A model generated the notes under the pieces. It saw only the letters and a list, made by a program, of their open reading frames with translations. It did no database searches and was not told the DNA's origin. Of a stretch of DNA of 64,000 nt, positions 12,285 through 21,872 are shown piece by piece. The DNA lies in assembly GCA_964529095.1 (NCBI GenBank), contig CAZGVK010000071.1, positions 3,607 through 67,606 of the forward strand, read 5' to 3'. Source of the DNA: an uncultured Elusimicrobia bacterium (GTDB lineage: Bacteria > Elusimicrobiota > Elusimicrobia > UBA1565 > UBA9628). Position 1 is the stretch's first letter. The number at the start of each line of letters is the position of its first letter. The position numbers and the translations under genes were made by a program.

Positions 12285-15200
12285 TCAAAGATCGGGGCGG
12301 CGCAGGAAAAAGATGCGGAATTCGGCGCATTCGCCCCAAGCGAGGCGAAGTGCCTCGATATACGCCCGTCCCTGCTCGGCGTATTTCACGCGGATCTCCG
12401 CTGCGGATTTCTCATCGACGTGTTCGCTCTTAAAATCGGCGATGACGAGACGGCCGCCAAGCCGGTACACAAGGTCCACCGCGCCGCGCACGACGGTATT
12501 TCCCGCCGCGTAAGCGAAGGGAACCTCGCGTCCCAGTATCGCGGCGGCGGAAAGCTCGCCTGCCGCAGGCGAGGAGAGAAATATTCCCAGCGCCGACAGG
12601 GCCGCGCATTCAGATTGATCCCAGCACGGCCCCGGCGCGCGGCGCTCGAGAAGCGTGCGGGCGGCGGCGCAGGCGGGGGCCGGACTTTTTTGAGTGGAAA
12701 AATCCCAGCCTTGAAGCACAAGATGGCAAAGTTGACCGATTTGAGCGCCCTGCGCGCTTCCGCCGGACAAAGCAGGGCGCTGTGGCGCGTCTCTCAGATA
12801 ATCGGTCGCGGCACGCGCTTGCGGCTGATCTGTCCCGACGCGATGCCGTGCGCGTTTTTCCCATGCGCGCATGGTTGTAGCCGCCTCAGCGCTCAAGGCC
12901 CTCCGAAAAGCGGGTGCGGCGATATATTCTTTAAGTTTTCCCGCTTCAATAAACAGCGCGGGCAGGCTGCCTGCGATTCCAGCGCGAGGCCAGGCCTCCT
13001 CCTTATCGAGGTGCGCGGCAAGCGAGCCGGAATCGGCCTTCTCTCGGCCAAGCAGGTAAAGCCGTTCTTTGGCGCGCGTCATGGCGACATAAAGGAGACG
13101 CACCGACTCACGACGCTCCAGGAGCTTTTCCCGAGCATTCGCCAGAGCCGCGGCGGCAGAAGACAATTTGCCGATGCGCAGAGCGGTTCGCCCCGTCGTC
13201 CAGTCAAGGCGCGCCGCCGGCGGCGTCCCCGTCGCCGTGCGCGCTGACAAATTGGCGACGAACACTATGGGGAATTCGAGGCCCTTGGATTTATGAATGC
13301 TCATGATGCGGACCGCCTCCAGGTGCTCATCGGCGAGCGGACTTTCCCCCTCGCGGCGTTCCTGGCGTGAGGATTCCGCGACCTCGGCGACGAAATCTTT
13401 GAGTGTAGATCCCCATGATTCCGACGCCGCAACGGCCAAGCGCTGGAGCTTAAGAAGGTTTGACACCGTCTGCTGACCGTGATAGGCGCGCGCGGAAAGT
13501 TCCGGCAAGCGCGTCAAGACGAGAGCATCGGTCACAAGTTCGCCCAGAGGCACGCGTCCGGCGCGGGCGCGCAGAGTGCGCAATGTTTCGAAGAGCCGGG
13601 TGGCAGCCAAACGCTCATCCTCGGGCAAGGTTCGCAGGGGTATATCCTTGCGGTAGTCAATGGCATCGGCACGCGCCAGGCTCAGCAGACCGTCATCGCT
13701 GAGAACGGCCAACGGCGAGCGCAAGAGCCCCGTCACCGCGATGCGGTCATTGGGATCGTCAAGCGCGCGCAGGAGATTGAGCAGGTCGCCGACCTCGGGC
13801 GCTTCGTAGAAATGACGCTCGATCTCGACTGAGTAGGCAATGCCCGCGCGTTTGAATGCGTCGATAAAGGCGGGCAGCGCCGAGGACGAACGCACGAGAA
13901 CCGCGAAATCTTTCAGCGGTCTAGAGCTTTCCGAGAGGATGCGCCCCGCGACCCACGCGGCCTCCGTGCGCTGGCACGACGCCGCGTCCGCGGTATCCGA
14001 GGGATCAATCACGGCCACGACCTCAACGTTCACCTCGTCTTTATTTCCAGGCTGCGCCGGAAGAAGTCCTTTATAAGATGGCTGCACGCCGGATTCAGCG
14101 CGCATCATGCGCGAAAACACGTTATTGACCGCCCCCACTATCCCCGGCGCCGAGCGGAAATTCGCGGTCAGGTTGCAGGTCAGAGCGCCGTTCGCGCGAA
14201 GACGGGAGAGAAAGCCCTCGTAGGCCGCGATATCCGCGCCGCGGAAACGGTAAATGGACTGCTTAGGATCTCCGACGACGAACAGGCGCCCCGGCGCGGG
14301 CACAACGTCGCGCCACGCGGAGGCCGAACGCCCGCAGCTCTCCGATAAATAAAGAAGAAGCTCGCCCTGGAGCGGATCTGTGTCTTGGAACTCGTCTACG
14401 AGGATCGCGGAAAATCGGCGCTTAAGCTCCTCTCGCGGACGCGCGGCGTCGCGGACAAGATCGCGAGCGCGGCGCAGCAAGCCGTCGAAGGACACCCAAC
14501 CGCGGCGCGCATACTCGTTGCGCAAGCATGCGGCAAACGGGGCTAGAAGCTGCGCCGCTCTGCGTGTCGCCGCCTCCCCGCGCGGCGAGGCGATTTTCGC
14601 AATAAGACAAAGTTGTTCGTAAAATTCCGCCGCAGACGCATCATCTTCCCAAGCCTTGGGCCATTTGGAACCCGAAGGCGCTGGAGGCTCAAGGGCGTCC
14701 AGCGCCGGATATTCAGACTCGGCTGCAACGGCGGTCGCCGAGAGGCGCTTCTCAATTGCCGCCAGCGCCTCCATGATGCCCCCGCGCGGCTTGGCGCGTC
14801 CGTCTCCGAGTTTGGTTGCGGTCGCGGCGAGCGCGCGAAGAGCGATCGCTGATTTTGGATCGGCAGCCCCGAGCGACTCCGCATCGAAGCGCTCTGCACA
14901 GATCTCTCGCGCGAGGCTTTCCATATCCTCGATGGAAACCACCTTGAGCAGCGCGAGCCAACTCTCTCGGCGCGGCGGCAGTTCTCCGAGCTCGTCATCG
15001 AGCCAGCGCGCCCACTCTGCGGAAAATAGCTCCGCAAAGCCCCTGCCCTCATCGACGCGAAATCCCGGATCCACGCCCGCTTCGACCGGATAGAGGCGCA
15101 GCAACTGCGAGCAGAAAGAGTGGATGGTTCCAATGGGCGCTTTGTCGAGATCCTCAAGAGCAGAATGTGCGCGAGAGAGAATTTGCGCGTCAGGGGTTTG

Positions 15201-15518
15201 AAAGCGGACGCGCAACTCGTTTAAAGTCCGTTCAACGCGTTCTGTCGCCACTGCGGGAAGCTCATCCGTTGAGAGGCGCGCCGCCAACTCCGCGAGGCGT
15301 TCCGACAGGCGAACCTTGATATCGCTGGCGGATTTTTCCGTGAACGTCAGCGCGACAATTTCCTCGATACGAGACGGCTTGTTCCCGGCGAGCACAAGAA
15401 ACAAAATACGGTCCGTCAGCAAGGTGGTCTTGCCGGTGCCCGCTCCGGCCTCGACGATGACGCTCGACTCAAGCCTGAGGCGGGCCTGATCGCGATCTTG
15501 CTGATCGGGAGCGTCCAT
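12285..15518 (-). CDS. UvrD/AddA-family helicase with C-terminal PD-(D/E)xK (RecB-like) nuclease domain
   Basis: Walker A VIVEAGAGTGKTTLL near the N-terminus, UvrD-type helicase motifs, and a C-terminal VDLVYRLGGRLVIADFKSE nuclease motif. The probable start is Met MDAPDQQ at 15518 rather than the track start at 15563. Confidence 0.75.
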   Translation of the reverse strand: MDAPDQQDRDQARLRLESSVIVEAGAGTGKTTLLTDRILFLVLAGNKPSRIEEIVALTFTEKSASDIKVRLSERLAELAARLSTDELPAVATERVERTLNELRVRFQTPDAQILSRAHSALEDLDKAPIGTIHSFCSQLLRLYPVEAGVDPGFRVDEGRGFAELFSAEWARWLDDELGELPPRRESWLALLKVVSIEDMESLAREICAERFDAESLGAADPKSAIALRALAATATKLGDGRAKPRGGIMEALAAIEKRLSATAVAAESEYPALDALEPPAPSGSKWPKAWEDDASAAEFYEQLCLIAKIASPRGEAATRRAAQLLAPFAACLRNEYARRGWVSFDGLLRRARDLVRDAARPREELKRRFSAILVDEFQDTDPLQGELLLYLSESCGRSASAWRDVVPAPGRLFVVGDPKQSIYRFRGADIAAYEGFLSRLRANGALTCNLTANFRSAPGIVGAVNNVFSRMMRAESGVQPSYKGLLPAQPGNKDEVNVEVVAVIDPSDTADAASCQRTEAAWVAGRILSESSRPLKDFAVLVRSSSALPAFIDAFKRAGIAYSVEIERHFYEAPEVGDLLNLLRALDDPNDRIAVTGLLRSPLAVLSDDGLLSLARADAIDYRKDIPLRTLPEDERLAATRLFETLRTLRARAGRVPLGELVTDALVLTRLPELSARAYHGQQTVSNLLKLQRLAVAASESWGSTLKDFVAEVAESSRQERREGESPLADEHLEAVRIMSIHKSKGLEFPIVFVANLSARTATGTPPAARLDWTTGRTALRIGKLSSAAAALANAREKLLERRESVRLLYVAMTRAKERLYLLGREKADSGSLAAHLDKEEAWPRAGIAGSLPALFIEAGKLKEYIAAPAFRRALSAEAATTMRAWEKRARHRVGTDQPQARAATDYLRDAPQRPALSGGSAQGAQIGQLCHLVLQGWDFSTQKSPAPACAAARTLLERRAPGPCWDQSECAALSALGIFLSSPAAGELSAAAILGREVPFAYAAGNTVVRGAVDLVYRLGGRLVIADFKSEHVDEKSAAEIRVKYAEQGRAYIEALRLAWGECAEFRIFFLRRPDL

Positions 15519-15704
15519 ATATCGCCGATTATAGGAATTATCGAAACTTTTCAGCTTCAGCACGGCTTGCCATTATGGGTGCACGGCATCCATAATTCAC
15601 AAAGTTATTATTGCGTCAATCCTTAGGGCTCGCGATGAAACCGTGTTCTCTTCCAAGTCTTTCGTATAATAACTCCACTTTCCAACAGAAGGGGATCCAT
15701 TGAA

Positions 15705-16760
15705 ATGACCACCGACATCGAACAACTTCTCGGCAGCGACGCCAAGCTCCTCGAGCATACCTGCGCCACCATCCCTAAGGAGATGATCCATCTCCCCGGC
15801 GCCGACTATGTCGATCGCCTATACGCCCTCTCCGATCGGCCCACTCCGGTGCTGCGGTCCCTTCAGTCGCTCATCAACGGGGGGCGCCTCGGCGGCACGG
15901 GCTATCTGTCGATACTTCCTGTCGACCAAGGCATCGAGCACTCAGCGGGCGCATCCTTCGCTCCCAACCCGATCTACTTCGATCCCGAGAATATCGTCAA
16001 ACTGGCTCTCGAGGGCGGCGCCAACGCGGTGGCCTCGACACTCGGGGCGCTTGGCTCAGTCTCGCGCAAGTACGCGCACAAGATTGCGTTCATTCTTAAA
16101 TTCAACCATAGCGAACTGCTGTCCCACCCGAATACCTTCGACCAGACCCTGTATGGAAGCATCCAGCAGGCCTACAACATGGGCGCTGTCGCCGTGGGCG
16201 CTACAGTGTACTTCGGCTCGGCTGAGTCGCGTCGACAGATATGGGAGGTCAGCCAGGCCTTTGAGCGCGCGCATGAATTTGGCATGGCGACCATACTTTG
16301 GTGCTATGTGCGCAATAACGCATTCAAGACGACCGAGAAGGATTACCATGTTTCCGCCGACCTGACCGGCCAGGCCAATCATCTGGGCGTGACCATCCAG
16401 GCCGACATTATCAAGCAAAAACTGCCCGAGAATAACGGGGGCTATAATGCGCTCAAGGGTTTCGGCAAGACGCATAAGCTCGTCTATGAGAAACTGACGA
16501 CCGATAATCCCATCGACCTGACTCGCTACCAGGTGGCCAACTGCTACATGGGTCGCGCGGGCCTGATCAACTCGGGCGGCGCTTCCTCGGGCGCTACCGA
16601 CCTGGCTGAAGCCGTCAAGACGGCCGTCATCAACAAGCGCGCAGGAGGCATGGGCCTCATCTCCGGCCGCAAGGCGTTCCAGCGCCCGATGAAGGACGGC
16701 ATCGGCATCCTCAACGCCATCCAGGATGTGTACCTGGATAAAAAAGTTACGATCGCCTAA
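15705..16760 (+). CDS. fbaB: Class I fructose-bisphosphate aldolase (DhnA/FbaB type)
   Basis: Near-colinear similarity to E. coli FbaB (350 aa) over the whole length: [62 protein letters not shown] lies upstream of the ATG. Confidence 0.92.
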   Translation: MTTDIEQLLGSDAKLLEHTCATIPKEMIHLPGADYVDRLYALSDRPTPVLRSLQSLINGGRLGGTGYLSILPVDQGIEHSAGASFAPNPIYFDPENIVKLALEGGANAVASTLGALGSVSRKYAHKIAFILKFNHSELLSHPNTFDQTLYGSIQQAYNMGAVAVGATVYFGSAESRRQIWEVSQAFERAHEFGMATILWCYVRNNAFKTTEKDYHVSADLTGQANHLGVTIQADIIKQKLPENNGGYNALKGFGKTHKLVYEKLTTDNPIDLTRYQVANCYMGRAGLINSGGASSGATDLAEAVKTAVINKRAGGMGLISGRKAFQRPMKDGIGILNAIQDVYLDKKVTIA

Positions 16761-17146
16761 AAACGGCTCCTGCTGAGCACGCTCTCGATCTCATCCCAGA
16801 GCTTCTCGATGGTAATCGGCTTGGGCAGGAACTGCTCGGCGCCGGCATGAAGGCCCTCGACGCGGTCGCGTGGATCGGAGTACTCTGCGGAGGCGGAAAC
16901 AAAGATAATCGGAGTGTCCTTCTGGTTCTCAAGACGCTTAACTTTTCGGCACAGATCGAAGCCATGCACATCGGGAAGCTGGACATCCATAATGATAATC
17001 GAAGGCTGACTTTGCTTTAAAGCCTTGATCGCCTCGTCGCCCGTGCGCACGCCGGTCACCGTGATGCCCCGTAATGACATGACATCGATAAAGGTCTCGC
17101 GGAAGTGGTCATCGTCTTCGATGATGAACATCGGTGAAGCGGTCAT
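16757..17146 (-). CDS. Single-domain response regulator (CheY-like receiver)
   Basis: Receiver motifs ([30 protein letters not shown] near the C-terminus). The start is placed at Met MTASPMFII (17146), which has a GGAG RBS. The track ORF extends about 75 aa further upstream without coding character. Confidence 0.7.
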   Translation of the reverse strand: MTASPMFIIEDDDHFRETFIDVMSLRGITVTGVRTGDEAIKALKQSQPSIIIMDVQLPDVHGFDLCRKVKRLENQKDTPIIFVSASAEYSDPRDRVEGLHAGAEQFLPKPITIEKLWDEIESVLSRSRF

Positions 17147-17358
17147 GTCGTGGTCTCCAGCACGTCTGCCTGAATTATAACATCCCGACTTGGAATTCAA
17201 TACAGGCCATAAGTCCCACTTAGTTCCGGCATTGGTCCCAACAAAAGGGGGACTATTGGACTTGAAAAGTAGGTCTAATGGCCCGGCGAAGCGGATCCGG
17301 CACAGCCGACTTAAGGCTCGCCATGACATCAGCGGCACAATTCGGCGGCTCGTGGAGC

Positions 17359-17406
17359 AAGAATGAATCAATGATTCATTCTTATCAATACTTTTGATTC
17401 ATTCTT
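17359..17406. promoter_or_regulatory. 25-bp perfect AT-rich palindrome AAGAATGAATCA-A-TGATTCATTCTT plus a third half-site TGATTCATTCTT 12 nt downstream, upstream of the response-regulator gene
   Basis: The perfect inverted repeat is at 17359-17383 and the extra half-site at 17395-17406. It sits in a 460-bp non-coding gap and is AT-rich within GC-rich DNA. Confidence 0.5.
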
Positions 17407-17606
17407 TGGCGCGCCGGCCGACGTGCAGGTAATGGGCCGCGCGTCCCCTGCCCACCAGCTTGGCTCGTCCGTCGGCTAAGCTCGAATCGGGCTAGTCCCA
17501 AACGGACCGGCACGGCGTCCTTGGGGTCGGGTGTGCCATGCTCGATTTGCAGCAGCGCCTGGGCCATAGCCTGACGAGCCGGTTGCGGTATTGCCCGCGC
17601 GAGCCC

Positions 17607-18860
17607 TTAATCGAGGGTTTCCAAAAGCGCAAAATGCAGGTACTCGGTCTCAGGCATCGCCAGCAGGATCGGATGGTCGGACGCTTGGCCGCGCAAGCAG
17701 ACCAAGCGCATCGCGCGCTCGGCCTTCGCCTGCGCGTTGCGCAGGATCAAAACGAAATCTTCGCGCGAAACATGATGGGAGCACGTCGCCGTAGCGAGCA
17801 AGCCGCCTTTTGGCAAGGCACGCATCGCCTGGCTGTTGAGCTTGGTATACAAGCGCAGAGCCTGTGGCAGATGCTTCTTGGCGGGCACAAGGCTCGGCGG
17901 GTCGAGCACAATCATGTTCGGCTTGAAAGGTTGTCCGCCGCGCGCGAATGATTCGAGAAGCGCCTCCGCGTCTCCCTCTTCAACAGACACAGTCGAGTCC
18001 ACGCCGTTGAATTTTGCGTTCTCGCGCGCAAGCGAAACGGCGGGCCCCGAACTGTCTATTGCCAAGACCGACTTCGCCCCAGCCTTGGCCGCCTCAATGG
18101 AGAAGCCGCCCGTGTAGCAGTACAGGTCAAGCACGGTGCGATCCGCGAAATGGGGACGCAGGAAAGCGCGGTTCTCGCGTTGGTCGAAGTAATGGCCCGT
18201 CTTCTGGCCCGTCCCGAGAGGCGCCGCAAAACGCAGACCATTCTCGATGATCGGCGCATGTTCCGGCACAACCCCCGTCAACGTTCGACACTCAAGCGGC
18301 AGACCCTCGAGCGCGCGCACCTTATGGTCGTTCTTAAGGAAGATGCCCTTCGGCTTTATGAGTTCCTCAAGCGCTGCCTGGATCCACGGCATGCGGCGCT
18401 CGATGCCGGCGGACATCACCTGGAGAACCAGGTATTGTCCGTAGCGGTCCACGACCAAACCGGGAAGTCCATCCGACTCGCCGTAGCAGAGGCGGTAAGA
18501 GGTTTCGCCCGGCAGCCTCTTTTCACGATAGGCGACCGCATTCGAAAGACGCCGTTTAAAGAAATTCGCGTCGATCGTTTCTTTAGGGTCGCGCGTCAAT
18601 AGACGTCCGCTGATCAGGCTGTTGGGATTATAAAAAGCCATGCCAAGCGCGACGCCGGCGGCCGTTGCAACCACGCCAAGATCACCCGGCAGAGGCGGAT
18701 GGTCCGACAGCACTTCCTTGATCTCATTCGAGAATATCCAAAGGTGGCCGGCTTTGACGCGCTTATCGCGGTCCGGATTGAGGATGATGCGCAACGGCTT
18801 CAAATCAACGGCAACGCTTTCAACGCCGGAGGCGGCAGTTTCGGTCACATGATTCTCCAT
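17607..18860 (-). CDS. rlmI: PUA + class I SAM-dependent rRNA (cytosine-C5) methyltransferase, RlmI/RlmK-like
   Basis: N-terminal PUA-like region followed by a SAM fold: LDLYCYTGGFSIEAAKAGAKSVLAIDSS, VLDPP. Confidence 0.7.
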   Translation of the reverse strand: MENHVTETAASGVESVAVDLKPLRIILNPDRDKRVKAGHLWIFSNEIKEVLSDHPPLPGDLGVVATAAGVALGMAFYNPNSLISGRLLTRDPKETIDANFFKRRLSNAVAYREKRLPGETSYRLCYGESDGLPGLVVDRYGQYLVLQVMSAGIERRMPWIQAALEELIKPKGIFLKNDHKVRALEGLPLECRTLTGVVPEHAPIIENGLRFAAPLGTGQKTGHYFDQRENRAFLRPHFADRTVLDLYCYTGGFSIEAAKAGAKSVLAIDSSGPAVSLARENAKFNGVDSTVSVEEGDAEALLESFARGGQPFKPNMIVLDPPSLVPAKKHLPQALRLYTKLNSQAMRALPKGGLLATATCSHHVSREDFVLILRNAQAKAERAMRLVCLRGQASDHPILLAMPETEYLHFALLETLD

Positions 18861-18861
18861 T

Positions 18862-20184
18862 TTATAGGGTTCGGCTAAGACAGCCGCCCCTCTTTAATAT
18901 CTCGCGCGCCGAAATCCCGTAAGACTGGAGCGCAAAGCAATCATCAAGCTCCTTAGGCGATAGGCGCTTTGACACCGCCGGATCGGCTGCCAAGTGCTCA
19001 CGCAAAGGGCGGTTATCCTTCCATGTCTTCAGCGCGCAACGCTGAACGAGATCGTAGGCCTCGAGGCGTCCGAGGCCGGCATCGATCAGGCGCAGGAGCA
19101 CCTTCTGCGAAAAGACGAGGCCGTTCATGCGCTCAAGGTTCGAGCGCATGCGTTCGGGATATACCTGCAGGCCGTCAAGCACAACCTTGAGCCGGTGCAG
19201 CATGAAATCCAGGGCGAGATGCGTGTCCGGGAGAATGATGCGCTCGTTGGATGAGTGTGAAATGTCCCGCTCGTGCCACAACGCGCAATTCTCGGTCATC
19301 GCCGATTCGTAGGAGCGGATGAGGCGCGCTAAACCGCAGAGGTTCTCGCACAGCACGGGATTTCGTTTATGGGGCATCGCCGAGGAACCCTTCTGGCCCT
19401 CGGAAAACGGCTCCTCAAGTTCGAGCGTATCCGTCTTCTGTAGATGACGTATCTCAAGGGCAATGCGCTCGACGAAGCACGCCGTCAGCACCAGCGCATG
19501 AAAATACTCGGCGTAGCGGTCGCGCGGCACGACCTGTGTTGAGATCGGCTCGGGACGCAGGCCCAGGGTGTCGAGAACTTTCGCCTCGACGACAGGCGCC
19601 AATTGGGAAAAAGCGCCGACGGCGCCGGAAATCTTGCCGTAGGCGATCACCTCGCGGGCGGCGCGCAGACGACGCAGTCCGCGTATGCCTTCGGCGTGCC
19701 AACCCGCGACCTTGATGCCGAATGTGATCGGCTCGGCGTGCACGCCATGCGTCCTGCCGACCATCCAGGTGCGCTCATGCTTGCGCGCGAGAGCTCTCAG
19801 GCTCTTGAGCACGGCTTCAAGGCCCGCGATCAAAAGGTCGGCTGAGTCGCGCAACTGCAAGGCCATCGCGGTATCGAGCACATCGGAAGATGTGATCCCA
19901 TAATGCAGATAGCGGGCGACTGCCGGGGCGGTCGCATTCAATTCGCCAGCGACGGCCGCGAGGATGCCGATGACCTCATGGCCGGCGCTCAACTCCTTGC
20001 AACGGGAGGCATTAAGGAGGGACTTCTTAAAGAGGCCGTGCAGGATCTTAATTTCGGAGGCGGGGACATTCTTCGCGCTGGCGATCGCCTTAAGCAACGC
20101 CTCTTCGACGCGTAACATCGCGCGCAGGCGATTGTCATCAGACCATATGCCGCCCATCTCGGGACGGCTATAGCGCGCAATCAT
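18862..20184 (-). CDS. purB: Adenylosuccinate lyase
   Basis: N-terminal MIARYSRPEMGGIWSDDNR matches the PurB N-terminus. The fumarase/ASL signature GSSAMPHKRNP is present. Confidence 0.85.
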   Translation of the reverse strand: MIARYSRPEMGGIWSDDNRLRAMLRVEEALLKAIASAKNVPASEIKILHGLFKKSLLNASRCKELSAGHEVIGILAAVAGELNATAPAVARYLHYGITSSDVLDTAMALQLRDSADLLIAGLEAVLKSLRALARKHERTWMVGRTHGVHAEPITFGIKVAGWHAEGIRGLRRLRAAREVIAYGKISGAVGAFSQLAPVVEAKVLDTLGLRPEPISTQVVPRDRYAEYFHALVLTACFVERIALEIRHLQKTDTLELEEPFSEGQKGSSAMPHKRNPVLCENLCGLARLIRSYESAMTENCALWHERDISHSSNERIILPDTHLALDFMLHRLKVVLDGLQVYPERMRSNLERMNGLVFSQKVLLRLIDAGLGRLEAYDLVQRCALKTWKDNRPLREHLAADPAVSKRLSPKELDDCFALQSYGISAREILKRGGCLSRTL

Positions 20185-20380
20185 GCGGCCTCCCATTCAG
20201 CCATATCTGAATATGACATTTTTCCTGCCGTTGGGCGCCGTGCGATTTAAAATGGGCTGTCAAATCAAGAGCCGGCCGGTCGCAATTCCGCAGCGCTCTA
20301 TTCCTTGGTCATGACCGCGACAGCTCAATGACTTGGTCCGGGAAAATATCCGGCTGATGTTTTGATTAGGATTCGCGGCT

Positions 20381-21649
20381 TCACGAACTTCTTGACTCCA
20401 AGGGCAGCGACAAGATGAATCGGGCGCCCTTGGTCTCGCTGTTTTCCGCCTGAAGACTGCCGTAGTGCTTGATCGCGATGTCCCGGCAAAGATAGAGGCC
20501 GAGGCCACTGCCTCCCCCCGAGGGCCGAGTCGTGGCGAAAGGCGTAAAGAGTTTTTCCATCGCCTCCTCAGGGATTCCAGCCCCGGTGTCTTCCACGATC
20601 ACCTCGACCCGGGAGCAGCCCTCTATCCCGCGGTTCAGACGCGTCTGAATGCTCAGCGTACCTCCCGAGGGCATGGCTCGGGCGGCATTCCCCATCAAGT
20701 TGAGAAAGAGGCGCTCGAGATCCTTGAAGCACGCCGAAACATGGAGAGGACGCGGATGAAACCGTTTCTGGACCTCGATGTTCTCAAAGATGTTTCCGCT
20801 TAGCTTGAGGGCGGCGTTGATGACCTCGTGGATTTCGCAGGAGACGCGCGGGGCCGCATCCGGGCCGGCCGCGCGGAGTATGCCCGCCACCATGTTTTGA
20901 CAGTGAAGAGCCGAGCGCTGGATGCTCTCGATATCATTTTTTATCGCCGGATCGAGGGATTTGTCCTGGAGGCACACCTCCGCGAAGCCCCGAATGACCA
21001 TAAGAGGGGATTTGAGATCGTGGACGATGCCGGCGCTAATAAGGCCCACCTCGGCCATCTTCTCCGTCTGCTCACTGCGCGCCGCCTGCGTCCTGGTCGT
21101 TTTTTCCAAGCGATCCAACTCCTCGCGCTGCCGGCGCAACTTCACGGACAAGCTTCTCTCCGCGCTCACCAAGCGCCAAGTCAGGGCCGCCGAAAAGAAT
21201 AATATTCCATTCTTAATGGACAGCTCGAATAGGGCGACGGCATTCCAAGCGTCGAAGGCGACAATGTAAAAAACCGTGTTAAAGCTGATGGCCCCGGCCG
21301 TGATCCAGACGATCTCCTTGCCGTTCAAGAGCAGGGAGGCCGTGTAGATGGGCATGAGATAAAGGACCCACAAGTTGGATTGAGGCCCGCCCGAGTAGGA
21401 CAATATCCCCGCGATCACCCCGCAGTTGGCCAGGATGATCAGACAAGAAATCCACTCTTTCACGGGCCACAGGCGCAAGGTCGTGATCGCCGCAAAGTTC
21501 ATGGCGAGAAGCAGAATGAAAAGATACAGGATGGCCGGATAGACCAACGCGGCGTTTTCCCGGCCCAGGTAGGCCATGACGGCCAGAAAGATGCTGAACA
21601 CAGCCTCGTACTTGCAAGCGACCGTGCGGTCATTTGTCTCTAGGCCCAT
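20381..21649 (-). CDS. Membrane sensor histidine kinase (multi-TM N-terminus, HisKA + HATPase_c)
   Basis: Five or six predicted TM helices without a periplasmic domain, followed by the H-box IVHDLKSPL and the N, G1 and G2 boxes (NLMGNAARAM, DTGAGI, GGSGLGL). Confidence 0.8.
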   Translation of the reverse strand: MGLETNDRTVACKYEAVFSIFLAVMAYLGRENAALVYPAILYLFILLLAMNFAAITTLRLWPVKEWISCLIILANCGVIAGILSYSGGPQSNLWVLYLMPIYTASLLLNGKEIVWITAGAISFNTVFYIVAFDAWNAVALFELSIKNGILFFSAALTWRLVSAERSLSVKLRRQREELDRLEKTTRTQAARSEQTEKMAEVGLISAGIVHDLKSPLMVIRGFAEVCLQDKSLDPAIKNDIESIQRSALHCQNMVAGILRAAGPDAAPRVSCEIHEVINAALKLSGNIFENIEVQKRFHPRPLHVSACFKDLERLFLNLMGNAARAMPSGGTLSIQTRLNRGIEGCSRVEVIVEDTGAGIPEEAMEKLFTPFATTRPSGGGSGLGLYLCRDIAIKHYGSLQAENSETKGARFILSLPLESRSS

Positions 21650-21872
21650 ATTGGAAGTTTAGCCGGTTGGATTGTGGGGATGATGATGAGCCGCTTAAAT
21701 TCCTCTTAAGATCTCCTAACGCATATCCATCTCGGCCGATGATCGTACAGAGCAATCGAATTATAACGGCATTCCCATCTCTCGCAAGACTGGCCCCCTA
21801 TTCACATGTAACTTAAATCACTCGTGCGTGGCATTGAAAGGGCGTTCCAAACACTTTATACTGAATCCACGG

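Noticed and set aside
12420-13247. 275-aa plus-strand ORF inside the helicase-nuclease gene
   Set aside because: Antisense to helicase motifs. Arg/Pro-rich garbage-like composition.
16757-17371. 204-aa version of the response regulator ORF
   Set aside because: The N-terminal 75 residues lack receiver-domain features. An internal Met with a GGAG RBS at 17146 gives a canonical ~130-aa CheY-like protein.
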